NCBI GenBank assembly: GCA_002633005.1
Contig: NMRA01000248.1
Coordinates: 430,879 to 494,878 of the forward strand
Reading direction: 5' to 3'
From: Phoronis australis
Taxonomy: Eukaryota > Animalia > Phoronida
Length of the DNA: 64,000 bases
Positions 13,780 through 27,100 of this stretch are shown here, in pieces. Each line of letters opens with the position of its first letter. Positions within the stretch are counted from its first letter, which is position 1. The notes beneath the pieces were generated by a model that saw only the letters and a program-made list of their open reading frames with translations, made no database searches and had not been told where the DNA came from. The position numbers and the translations under genes are program-made.

Positions 13780-16461
13780 TTTATTGGTTATAATCGACCT
13801 TTCTTGTTGCCCGGAGTGATTTTAATCAGAACATCTCCTAAGTTTCGTCCGCCATCTTCACACATTTTCAGGCATTTTCACAACTCGCGCAATGATTCCT
13901 CCTCGCCTTGTCTTGTCACATGTACATATCGTCGATACACATCAAATTGTGTCCTTACGCGGTCGATGTTGACTTGTTGAGTAGTATCGTAAAATCCACC
14001 TGTTCACCACCGTTGTCTGTTCACTTCTGAATCCCACCACGGCGCTCCGTGCACTAAAAACACAAGCCCAATTACCGACAACTGTTTATTGAGCGAGCCT
14101 CGCCATATGGCATAACTAGGTTCAGGAGCGCCACAGTAATCCGAGAGACGGACCGCAAGTGACGTAGTGATTCGCCCAGCCTTTAAGCGGACGAAACAAT
14201 GTCCTGCTGACCGTTGTACGTATTGTGCGCGTGCTGTGAACGATTCTCAAACGCGTGCACTGTACCAGCCATAAGACTAGCCTGTCGTGTCCAAGAAACG
14301 CTGCACCCCGCCTGATATCACACCTTCAAGCGATGTAGTCTCCTATGCAACGAAAATAATTGAAACTCAAGTAAATACCCACGCAAAAACACAAATAATT
14401 TAGAGTACACAAGTTCTTGAGACAATTTCCTGTTTTTTTCCTGTATGCAGACTTGCGCAAAATGCCTACTTACAATACACAATCAGCTCACCGCTCCGTT
14501 CGCCTATAATAATGATTTGCTCTTACGCGGGCATTGTATTTATGTATGCGATAGCGTGCTTTACGACCCGCTGGGACCTCAGTCAGGTGTCCCATATTTA
14601 AGGACACGGAAATGATGCCGTGTAGGCTACACTGCTATTGGCTAGATACTTTAGAAATTGCCGCCTGATTGTTGCAGCTGAGTGGTCGTCAGAAACGGTA
14701 GCAGTGACCAGCGCGACACCAGACCCGGGTAATGTCCGGCTAAATGTGTATGGTTTATCATTGAACTCGATGACCGGGTGTTGTCCGCAAGTAGCCGAAG
14801 CTTGATCGCAAATATAGTTGAAGATGTATACCGTTTGCTGTTTATACGATCGACACTCATTATCCGTGATGCGAGGCAGTTCAAAAACCCGAGTCAAGCG
14901 TGCATGAAAGCTATTGAAATCACGTGGTCATGGCGATACCTCGTGAACCCTCCCTCACCAAAACGTGCAAGAAAGTTGTGTTATTGGCACGCCCTGGTGA
15001 ATCCATCCCGAGGTTCTATTATTGTCACAACCACTGCAAGCAATGACGTAGGAATTCTTCGATTTCTTTACAATACTTCTAGAGACTTAAGTACAGCTAA
15101 GGAGTGGTTTGATGGCACTTGAAAGGACATGGGTACGGCATACACCGATGCCAAGCACGGTAAAGTCATGGTCACCGGTCGTCCACTTCCATGGGTTACG
15201 TTATCTCTCTGCTATTCTGACCTGATTCTTCTAAATGATAAATGATAGCTGAAGAAAACGAACGGGGGACAGTGAACCTGGCAGGGGGATGGNAGGCCCG
15301 TTCCGTGAAGGGGAGTATACTAGCGGCCGCCAGGGTGTTCACCGCCTTGTGCCTGATTATAATTGAACGGCGGCCGTTATTTCCAAACAATAAACTTCTT
15401 TAATTCAAAGCATTTAAAGGTTAATCGCACATTGCACCCGACGTAGTCGAAGTTAAACATTACATGAATGGTAATTACATACGACTTTCGGAACACTTTT
15501 AATGTATACTGTGTAACGCGAATTAACCACACCTTTGAAAACTTCGACTTGACCCGACTACAATAAACAAAAGGAACATGACATTTACGTTGCCCGTTGT
15601 GTATGAATCTTACATGAAAGTGAAAAAACATTTAGAGTGGCACGCAACTTATGTTGAAAGTTCAAGAAACATTGCATCATTTGACATTGGAATCGAAGGA
15701 AATTTTTAAGACAAGTTGCGTGTGGTTTCCAAACGCCTGCAAATTCGAAATGAAGATATGTTGAATGCTGCTTGGGTGAAATAACTCATCGCTGTGTCCA
15801 ATGTTTTGATTTAATTTTACGATACTTATAAAAAACGAGTCGAGATATCAGGCAAGTTTTACACTGTGGTTGTTATTTCTTCTAGCCATAGACCTGCTAC
15901 AAAAGAGTATCTTTGTTCTGATGCAAAATCAAAACATAACGAACACTAGCGTCGTATCAGCTGTGAGGATTGGTTGCCCACGCACATTACTGATTGAGGG
16001 CTACGTCGGCGAGTAAAAAATCTAACAACTTCAAATGTCTTCAAAGTAACACAAAATAAGAATTTAGAAGTTAATTAAGTAAAAAATAATACTGATCAGC
16101 CACATTCGATGACAGTACAAAACAGAAAAACAAGACAATGCTTTGTTTTACGACTCGCTTTTTTGTTAGGATCGCGTAGGATATTTGCCATCATATGAAA
16201 CGGGGTGTCCCAGAAATGGTCTTCCCACGTAAACAACGTTCAGTTGAACTTTAATAAGAAATTCATCTCTGACGTCCCAAAGCAGTTTGTTCTGTAACTT
16301 TTCCAATGTCCAAGTAATCCTTTTATAGACTACACTGTAGAAAAATGACATTTCGTGTCACTAAAATTCGGCACCAACAATATATGTAGACAAAAGTGTT
16401 CGTGTCCAATTGTTTTAGAACCTCACCCTTCATGTCCTAACAGTGATTAGCACTCTCTCGA

Positions 16462-16505
16462 AAATATAATTTAGGACTCCCTAAATATAATTTAGGACTC
16501 CCTAA
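16462..16505. repeat. 21-bp tandem duplication (AAATATAATTTAGGACTCCCT) x2
   Basis: Two adjacent exact copies are visible. Confidence 0.85.
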
Positions 16506-19500
16506 ATTATGTCTGCGTGGGTGGTTGCATTTATCGAAACTTGCGTATGGAAACTTACATTCGTGCAGCTGAGGCGAACCTGGATGCGTCGTTACATCAG
16601 CGCGTTCAGTACAAGAACGTTTGGAACTTGCGATGACAGATGTTATCGTAGTCCTAACTAACATTCATTTAAATGCGGAACGCAAGGCCCTCGCGAGAAC
16701 GTATGCAGGGTTTTTGAAAATGACGGCGATACGAAAACATTGGAAGTAATAACTACACGAACGGGTATTTGGCCAAATGTGATTCCTGGATGGTGCGTTT
16801 CTTTGAGAACATAATACGCCGAGTTGTACGAACACAAATTCCGACCAGCTGAACAACTAAGCCCGATTCATTCATGTAGTTGTAATGCCATTTAATACAC
16901 AATAAATGTATGTAACTGTTCCGCTATTGTGAATAATTACTGTACGCGCTTTCCTCAGAGTTCAGTGATAATATGAAACGCAGCTTATTACGTCACTGGG
17001 ACATGTAGACGGTTGGCCCGCATTGACGTAACGTGGTGGGTCAACGCTGATGTTGGAATGGAAAAAATGACGCCCGTACGTCAATTTCATTTTTTCAAGA
17101 TAACAGCAATTTGAAAGAGATTTTCTCATAACTACTTCGTCCATATTTTTCGCTTACATCTTACTCAGGACAATGTTTGAAATATCGATTTAATTTTAAA
17201 ATCACTGACTATTTTGGAGGAAGTGCGGAGTAACAAAGATGGGAAGTTACCATTTAGTTAGCATTCAGATTACATAATCGCGACGTCACCAACTTTTCAG
17301 AAGCAGCAGACAAGCTCGCTAACCTCTCGGACACGAATAAACTGCATTTTTGATGAAAAATGTTCGATTTCTTTCTATACTGTTTCACCGAGAGTCGAGA
17401 CATTCTTGAGTACGATTCAAGATGCCCTTGAAAGCTGGAACCGTGCCAAACGTTTTCAGCGTATGAATGCATTTGATTCCATTCATAAAGCGCGTGTATA
17501 GACTCCCGTATAGTCGGTTCTCAATATGATTCTATCCAATAATTCGCTGCAATATAAATCGATTTGCGAAGAGGTAAGCATTGAAATGAGAAACCATACG
17601 CCGGCGGAAAGCTTACCAACAGACAACAGAGGTTGACAGAAAGTATTCAACAGAGGTACTGTTTAGCGGAAGACCTCCGGTCAGGAAGGAAGTTACAAAA
17701 TGCAGTTAACACGTCTGTAAGCAGTCGATATGGATGACATTATCGACGTGAAAGTAGTTTTCTGAGATCAGCTCCAGCGCGGAATCGAATTCACAACCTC
17801 GACGGTCACAATTTAATGCTTTGCTGGCAGACCAGAGTATTGCATATTCAGATAGCACTTACCGACCTTAATTTCAGCGATTAGGCTGCAGATAACGTCG
17901 AGAATTGGCGATTTTTAATAAAATTACAAAAACACAACGGATAATTATTGTTTTATGGCTCTGGTCAAAACTAAGAAATTCAAGGAGTCTGTCACGTACC
18001 ACTGTAACGGTAGGCCTACCTCACCATTGCGTTTTTACACTGTAAAACTGATTGTGTTCGTTTAAAGCAAACGAGACATTGCTTGAAAAATATGCCCTAT
18101 AGTGAAGCAACCTTTCACTAATCTGCATGGCTTGTTCTTCGAAACTATAGAAAACCTACACTAATTTGACGTGGCTATGATCTAAAGCAGCGTTTTGCCC
18201 AAAAACGAGACTTAAACTAGGCCTGTTAGTTTCATAAGACCGGTGTTATAGTATATCCTGATCTTGATGTGATTATATTTCCGTTACCAACAAGAAGATC
18301 GAAATCTTCAACGAATCAAGAAAACACTTCAGAGGTTATTGTGGTTGGCCAGCCTTAAAGTTGCAAATTTGAAGATAATGGCACACGTGACTTGAATTGC
18401 CATCCCATTTGCCGTCAATTCAAGATCGCATGAGCTATGCAATGTTTTTAAAGCCAACGCGCTTCGGTTAAGAATTCAACATAGATAGTTAAACGGCGGG
18501 CAAATGCCCCTTTAATGGAGAGATCTACTTTCAAGACCGGATAAGTCCTCGTTGGTAAAACGGTGCCTCAATGAAATAATTGCGCGTGCACAATTTACAG
18601 GCCTCTCCATAGGCGTACGACATGATTATCCATTTATATAGCTTTATGGAGTCGGGATTACGTGTACGGAGTTTGAGTCACGGGGGGCAAACCTGATGAC
18701 AGACTACAACAAAGCAGACACAAAAGTGAATACCGTTGGATATCTACCTCGTCTTCACACCTATCTCCATACAATCGTTAGTCCAGTACCAGATACGCTA
18801 CAATTAGAGGAGAATAACCCTGTTGTCTTCAGAGTCATAAGAAATAGCTGGTGACCACATGAGGATTGACAGTCATCGCTGGTGTCCCGCGTGATGACAC
18901 GAGGCCACAATGACTGATGGTGAGAGTGACTGTGAGCCATTATGACCTATTGTATTGGATATTAATGACCTCTGGTCAGGATTACCCGGGTAATGCGATG
19001 ACCACAGAAGTCGTCGTCGGATGACAGTGGCCAGACGGTCTGTCCAGGATCTGTGTTCTTTGGTAAATGAGATCTGTTTGTAGAGCCATTATGGTGACGT
19101 AATCTATTAGGGATCAAGTATTAGAGGACACTGATTGAGGATCTTATGAAAGGTACAAGGAATTAATTTACGGAGCCGAATAGAGCAAATACGAAGCAAC
19201 TAGACCGAAATTAATTTTCTACACGTAATTGGGAAATAAACGACGGTCATTATTTCTTCACAATAGGCATCGAAGTTGGTTTGTGTATTCTAACGTATAT
19301 GTATCAGTCGTTTTGTTGTTCCAAACTCTTTTGTGTTGTAACTTTCTTTTGAGATCAATTCATTTTGTCAATCAAGATTCGCCACACAGGTTTCACGGCG
19401 CGTCGGTCCACTGCTATGAATTGCCAGGTCTTCACAATCGTTCAGAGCGCTAATTTATAAAAGAAATGACTGCAGATTACTTATCAAAATAACACAATAA

Positions 19501-20837
19501 AATTCAGTGAAACAGGACAACACCAGTCTAAATGTCGAGCCCAAGGACTTGCTAACAGGATGCCTGATGGCGCCGTTCATAGATCCAATAGGGAGCGGTA
19601 GAGGTTTGCGTTTGCCACTGCGGACTCGACAAACATGGTCAAATATCGTGCTAAAAGACAAAGACGAGAGCGTGATTGGTTTAGCAAAGCCAATCAATAT
19701 TTGAGAATACCGCGGTAATGCTGTAGACACCAGTCATTTTGAAGATCACTTATAACTAGAAAAAATATTAGTATCATTTTCATTTCTCCTAGTTTACATT
19801 TTACAGCTATCGCACGTCATGAACTGAACTGTTATAATGCTTTTCTTTTTATTTTTCAGACTAAAAAAATAATCTTGGGTGCACTTCGAAAATTCTCATA
19901 TTGCACGGTATGTAAAACAACATGATGACCTCGATGGTGTCCAGAACGTGCTGCAGATGGCGCGTGGAGTGTCGCCTTCAACGAGACTCTGGGTGCACTT
20001 CGGGCACTGGATCTGACACCCAGGGACTAACACCAACATCACTGGTAAAGAAGTGCCAGAAAACGCTTCCAACATTTTGTTACAACTACCTGAATGAACA
20101 GTGCGCTACTTGCAGTGCGTGTTAGTGACAGCTTAAATTCAAATTTTCAGCTTAGAGCATGCGCAAGAATTATTGAAAAAATGTGGCCTGGCTAATGAGT
20201 CCAATTATCACTAGACTATTGTCTAAAATGGAATAGAAAACGCCCTCACCCGGACAAATGTGCACGTGCTCTTTTACCAGTCCTAGGTCTATACATCACC
20301 CTAATAAGAGCCGAATCGTCAGTTCTATCACTGAGTACAGACTAGCGACGGATCGAGAAATTTAGCAAATAATATGCATCACTAGCGACGGAGTTTGTTT
20401 CTGAGATGTTACAACACGTCATGGGTTCCTTTGCGCTTTTTTCCAAGATGCTACAGGGAATATCTTAGAGCCGGGACAGGTGATTCGTCAATTACAAGAT
20501 TTTGTCTAGCAAAAGGAGTACCTCTTCACTAGGAGCCTAACAATAAAGGTATTGTAAATGAGAATTGACAATGCACGATTTCACAACAAAAATAAAATCA
20601 CCAGTGTCTGAAGCGCAAAGCGACGTGCAGACGACAGTACCACCAGAAATACACAGAGCCTTCTACCGATCGATGTCTTGGGGACACAACATCCTTTTTC
20701 TTATAAACCTTGTTAAAATCCCATTTCATGGTATTCGCCCATGTCAGAAATACAAATTTGAATTGGAACAGCAGCGAAATTTGTCTTGATTTCTGTCTTA
20801 CGCCTATGTGATTTCTGGCGTGGGAGGTAACCATTTG

Positions 20838-21177
20838 CAGACCTACCAAGGGGTATAACAATTTTGCTGGAGGTTGGTTGATATTTTGCTTGAGACTGGA
20901 CAAATTGTGGTCAAATTTTGCTTGAAGTTCCTGGCGATATCTTCACTAACTATCAAACTTTATATATCCTAAAATATAAGACTTAACTAGTCATATTAAA
21001 TTAATATAAAAACATTTTATTTCATGAAAACGATATTACGTCGTAGAAAACTAGGTTTTTGAAAATTTACGACCAAAAATTCATTTTGCGTGAGATAGCT
21101 GAAGGCTCGCGTGAGTGCGTGAGGCAGTGGCCAAATGCGTGAGACTCACGCGAGATGTGTGAGACTTGACAGGTCTG
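20838..21177. mobile_element. Non-autonomous DNA transposon (340 bp), 13-bp TIR, 6-bp TSD
   Basis: Ends are CAGACCTACCAAG ... CTTGACAGGTCTG. CATTTG is duplicated at 20832-20837 and 21178-21183. There are subterminal GCGTGAG repeats at the right end. Confidence 0.75.
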
Positions 21178-24100
21178 CATTTGCTCTCACCAAGTGCATA
21201 GAACCAGAGACCGTAGAGACTCGAAACCAACTTTGTTCTCGCGTAGCTGCGATCTCGCGCTGCTGAGGTTGCGTCACGCATGCGTGGTATTTGTTTGCAT
21301 GCGTTTTTTCCCGGCGTTGGTTATTCCTATGGAATTAACTGTCACCAAAACTTTTCGCAACTCCGACGTTTTTCAACCGATTGCGTGAGAGTCATTTATT
21401 AGAAAGCCCTTCGTCAGTTCTTGATGTTGACACTGTATGGTTGTAGCATTATTTCACATACATGACAAGCTTAAAAAATATATTTTATTAATTATAAAAC
21501 CAAGAATGTTACCAAACTACGAAAAATAACAGGGTGCAACAGTAACATAAAAAGGAAATGAACCAGAGAGGTTATATAAAAGACTAGTTAAGCCATTAGG
21601 GAAATAATTTCAAGGATTCGAAAGATTTCTACCCTATCAAGACAAAGTTTTTAGAACATGGATTCCTTACAATTGCTGTGAAGGATTTATCCAGGCATTC
21701 ATCCAAAATTATACATATTCATGTTAATTGAACCTTTGATGCCGTTTGATACAGTTCTTAAGTAAAATTTCGGGATCGGCAGTGACATTACAAAAATGTG
21801 GTAAACCAATTACTCCGACTACCTATCCGAAATTTGTAGAAAAAAGCTTTCTGGTATAGAAAAATGAGCAAACATCTCTTGTGTAGGTTAGAAGTGTGCT
21901 GCGAATACATCATTACATAGGTATTATTTTAAATGGAGTTTTTGCACCGAAATCCTTGATGGTAGTTGGAAAAAAACAAACAAAGGGGAAACTTTCCTGT
22001 CGTTTTGTTGTCAACTCATTGGCGGATCTAGGATGTTGCAAGGAGGATCCTAATCGCAGTTTTGGATGGAAAATATACCCGTTAACCTCATTAGAAAAAC
22101 GGCATGCTAGCGGCGGTTTCTGGCCGTCTCCAGAGCGGTCATCTCCCTAATTCCACCTATACTGAGTTCATTCTGACAAAAATGAGAAAGCGATAACGTG
22201 GTGTGGAAACATGAACGCACGCATGCCTCTGAAGAATGGTACTCTCGACATCAAAAGCCATTGGTCTGATGGTTGAATAAATCGGCAATAGCATAAAAAC
22301 ACGCCATAGACTATTTGACTGCAATTATGTCCATAAATTCGTTCTATCAACAACAAGAAAAACGATGTTACACGACATTCAAGTGAGGTGATCATCAGAA
22401 GTGATGAACATCCGGGTATTATAGGTTGCGGGGTTTTTGTTCCCACTTCCGCTGGCGGATATATTGTTACGTCATATAACATCATCATATTTTCAATTGA
22501 GAATGAGGATGGAACATTGACGTTCTAGGCAGAAAAGACCAAGGTCCGGGGTTCAATCTACATACTCGAAACTCAGACTCTAAGATAACCAACAACATGG
22601 CACTGACGCTTCGAGTAAACTTGCAAATTTGTACTCGAGAATGATGCGGCATGATTGCCGGCGAGCCCTGCTTAGTCGTTGGTAGATTAGACCCTGGGCC
22701 CCGTGACTAGGTCAGTCTCGTAGGTGGACGCTTGTTGTTTGCACATACTGGTCATATCATTAAACATTACACATACCACGACATACTTGAACTGCCTTCT
22801 GCCTCAGTCAAAAATCAACATCTTGTTGAAACTGACACTATTCACTTGAAAACAACGCGACTGCAGCACATAAGTTTGTTGAAATTTTAGAGAAAATTTA
22901 ACATACACGTGTATTTTATGAGAGGCAGCATTATAAGCAACACGAGACTGGTGTTACAGTGGTTCCACAACCCGGGTCAGTGGGACGAAGATCTCGTCGC
23001 GAGATCTACGCCAGTAAAATTAAATTACTTCATCTAAGACACGTAATGTGTAGAAGGCATACCTGTTCAGAGACAATGCCAAAAAATATGACGACACATT
23101 TTGCTTCTCAGATTTCAGGATACTCCTGCGGGTTTATGTCACACGACTACATATATAGCCCTTGAAGCAGTTGTAAGTCCGTATTCACCAGGTGACGAGT
23201 TGACCACTAGATACATTGTTATTCCGGCTACGCACGATAAAACTCGGGCGCACAAATGCGCTACATAAGTACATGGTCATTGGACCAATGATTTATGAAT
23301 GACCACAGGTAGCCCACGGCCTCATTGCACCTGAGTAATTTTTTTGCATTCGCTCAGCACAAATGACCAGAGTGAAGATGGTAACGATGCAGAAAGTCCA
23401 ATTCTCTTATCTTAGTGTTTCTTACTTTGGCACGTCAATGACCGCTGACGTCATTGAGCAAGGTGACGTTTAAAAAAAGCGTTTCAACTTTTCTGCGTGG
23501 AAAAATGCAATGCTGAAAGTGCAAGATTTGAAAATTTATGAATATACAGATTTAATTTTTGCCTTGCTGTTGTCCTATAAATAACCACGTATTATGTAAT
23601 ACCTCATCAAGTAGTTTTCAGAAAGGACAGAAACGTAGGCATTTGTTATCACATAGACGAGCGCTATTTTGTGATTTAGCCGAGATTCACCAGCTCGTCG
23701 TTAAAGGTTAAAAGGTCACTTCTTATTAAAGCAAGAACAACCAGCTGAGGTCAATTTTAAATGGTAAGTAAGTTAATTTAAAAGTTATTGTAAGTAACGG
23801 CTGCAAAATGCCAAACCAAACTCTCAATTATTCTTGCATGAAATTTGTGAGTATCGAAACCTGGAAAGAGTTATTTCCTATTTTACTATTGTAAACTGAC
23901 GCCTGGATATTTCCAGACAAGTTGGGTCGTTATTTTTGGGAGTAAATATGCATTTTACTAAGGATTCAGTACTATCAAATAGTTCATTTAAATTGTATTG
24001 CTTTACTTATACTCGTTGGTTCCTTCAGTAAAATAATCAAAAGCTGGTACTTTCAGTATTGTGTGTCTCTTCAAAACATACCAGAGAGAAACTGGATGCG

Positions 24101-27100
24101 CTTTTGGATAAAACACATTCGAGGAGAGCCTGGTTCAACTCACGAAAAGACAGCCATTGAGCTTCTCGACCTATTATAATCGTGAAAAACTGAAAACGTC
24201 TACTTACATTATTTCAAAACTTGAGTATAACAATATCTAGGCCTTGTAACGACGGCTGGCACATAATACGAAAGGAAATGACAACAAACAACTCATAATA
24301 GAATCATTAAGGAGCGCATAAATAAACATTAAATTATCTAATGACACATATTATTTCTTTTTCACCTATAACAAGGATTTTTTAATTCGTCATTATTTCA
24401 CACAATTATTCTTGGCTACAGCGAACAAACAGCAGACATCTGTAGCGGATGTCTCCGAAAGCACTGGCAAACGCATTCTATACATTACACTCAGAATATA
24501 TCTACATTCGTTCATTATTTCACACCAAAAACAAGATTCGCAATAAAGGCCCCCAAAGCACCATTCCAGCTGAGAATAGTTTGAGTCCGGAATGTACACA
24601 CCCAATATAGTCGGTTTAAAAAGCGACTATCTATATTGACTTTAAAACCGTTGTATGCACAGTTATCGAAATAAACAAAATTAGAATAAGAAGATATGAT
24701 ACTGCAGCTTATTGTTATCGATATTTGCAATGTGGCTGTCGCTAAATATACTGACATTACCAGCTCCAAGCAAGTGAGCTCGTTTTGCGAGTAATGTGCT
24801 GAAGTAGGCCCAGAATAAGAACTTAACGAGAAGGAAGTAAACCATCGGTATCAGGTTATTTTCGCAAAATGGTCTCGCTGTTCGAATCGTTCTCCATCGA
24901 CATGTTGGGAACTCACGCAGTTACAAGCAAGCACACACCATATGTAAACACTTCATGAGCCAACTTTGTCACTATTACGAGAGGTAGTCGGCTATTAGCC
25001 TGTAACACGACTGAAACCATATGCAGGATTTCCACGCGTCTGACTTTCTGTTGCACGCTGGCTACCACTTTTTATCTTGGTGCCAAATGCATTTTTAAAA
25101 TAAAATTAGAAACCAAAAGTATGAGATCATTCTTCCATGTTGCTGTATTCATAGTTTGTATCACTGTTTCCGAGTAAGATCAACTTGGCAAACAAAGTCA
25201 AGATGCGTGTCATTACGCCATCAAGCATTGTGTAGCCATGTAAACATACCTTCTCGACAGTGCCACTGGCGTTTTATAACAATTTTATTCTCATTGACGA
25301 AAATATGAATTCGAAAACGTTGTCAGGAAATTGGTCTTTCAAAGGATATAGTATGTGATAGGTTCGTGCGAAATTCGGCTACCGTCATGCATTAGTCGGT
25401 TCATTGCACCATAGGCTACCTGGTCTTTGAAATTATTAGAACCAGCTAAGCTGTTTGCTTTAGAGTGCGCAATATTCAATGTTACATCAATTATAGCAGA
25501 ACTAATACAGGTTATCCGAACTGCAGTTTCCGTAACCATCATAACTGCATAACGTAACAAAAAGATACGTCTCGTTTCTATCGTGCAAACTACGGACACA
25601 CTGTTCACGCGCGCGGGCGCGTGCACCTCGAACATACAGCGTGCTCACTTTTAACGTTCACTCTTACCTAGAGTCTAACTTCCTCGGGGCACTTCACTAA
25701 CACCTGTCTGTTGGTGAACGGACCACCTACAACTAACCGGCCGTTGGAACACACTCGAACCATTCACATAGAACGATGGCTTCCAATGCAAAGCAGCAGT
25801 GCATTATTCCAATAAATTAGAAATGAATAGCATTCAAACTACCAATAGAGCTTCTATGGAGTCGGCTACATCAAAAAAGTCATATCTCACGGTCAGACGG
25901 TGGTAGAATAGAAGATAGAAGGGGTTATCGGCCATTTTATCATATTAGTTGTATATTAAAGGCCACAGACTCTGTTCTAAAGTTTTTGCACAACCAGCCA
26001 CACGTGGTTTTTACAAGCGAATCTTCCTCCAAAGACATTCCAAGGTTTCCAGAGAAGTGATGTATATTAATCTCTTCAAATGACTCAGGTATTAACGTAA
26101 TCCACTTAATAAGAGGAATATACAGGTATGAGTCGGTGTGCCGGCATTCTTTGAAAGACGGGTTTGTCAGCTTTGTGGGGGTTCTAGAATGTCGTCAGTT
26201 CAGAGCGTGACCATCTAGAGAATCCGAGAAATTTAAAAGAAATGCAAGAAAAAATGACGTCTCAGCAATTAATCACGGAAAATTTCTTTATGAAGTACCA
26301 CCCTGACGCCAGGTGTGTCTTCCAGTCTCACAGAGAAGTGGCAATCGGTTGTGCTTTGAGTGCCCGAAAGTTTCCGAGCATGCACGAATGGTCTTTTGTT
26401 ACAGACATTAGTCTGTTGACGCAGTTTGTGGGAACCTCATGTGACAATATTTAATATATTCCACCTAGTCAAATCAAATTCGTCATAATCAATTTGTGTA
26501 AAGCTCCGTTCAGAGTGGACTGAGCATATTCATCGCAAGCACATCTAGGATGTAACACGAAGGGGACACCAGACCACACTGTCCAAATGCCACGTGTTCG
26601 CAAAAACGGCAGATGGTGTCTTTTTATCCGTGTCCCCTCCAGGGGGGTCCTGTCCCACCTAATTTCGTTGGATTGACAGTAAAAAATTACACTTTAAGGA
26701 CGGTATCACGTGGTCGCAGTAACACATCATGCATTGGCAGATAGGAGGACTGATGCAATAAACCATTATAGAATATAAAAATAAATTTAAAAAATAACCT
26801 ACTTCATTCACGAGGACGCCTGCCTAACTGCTTCGAAATCTGACGTCACAGCAGCACTGGTATTTCACTTCACAGCTGGCACGTGACATCTTGAAATACT
26901 CGCGACAGTGAAAGATTTCTTCCGATGGCAAAAGAAATTATCTCCCACATTATAACACAGAGTTGAGGTGCAATTTTCTCTCAATGTTCTTCTGCACCAA
27001 AGAGCGCCTTGGAAGGAACCGGGCGTAGATGGCCCATCGCGGCCAGATAAAACAAGAGCCGACAGTACTTTAGACCCAAGTATTTCAACTTAATGCGATT

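Noticed and set aside
17771-17832. tRNA gene on the minus strand (GAGGTTGTGAATTCGATTCC)
   Set aside because: Only a degenerate B-box/T-arm is present, with no cloverleaf or A-box. At best it is a decayed tRNA-derived SINE head.
22017-22162. Additional member of the 5-bp-TSD MITE family
   Set aside because: The left end CATTGGCGGATCTAGG fits, but the right TIR is degenerate and no TSD is recognisable, so it was not counted.
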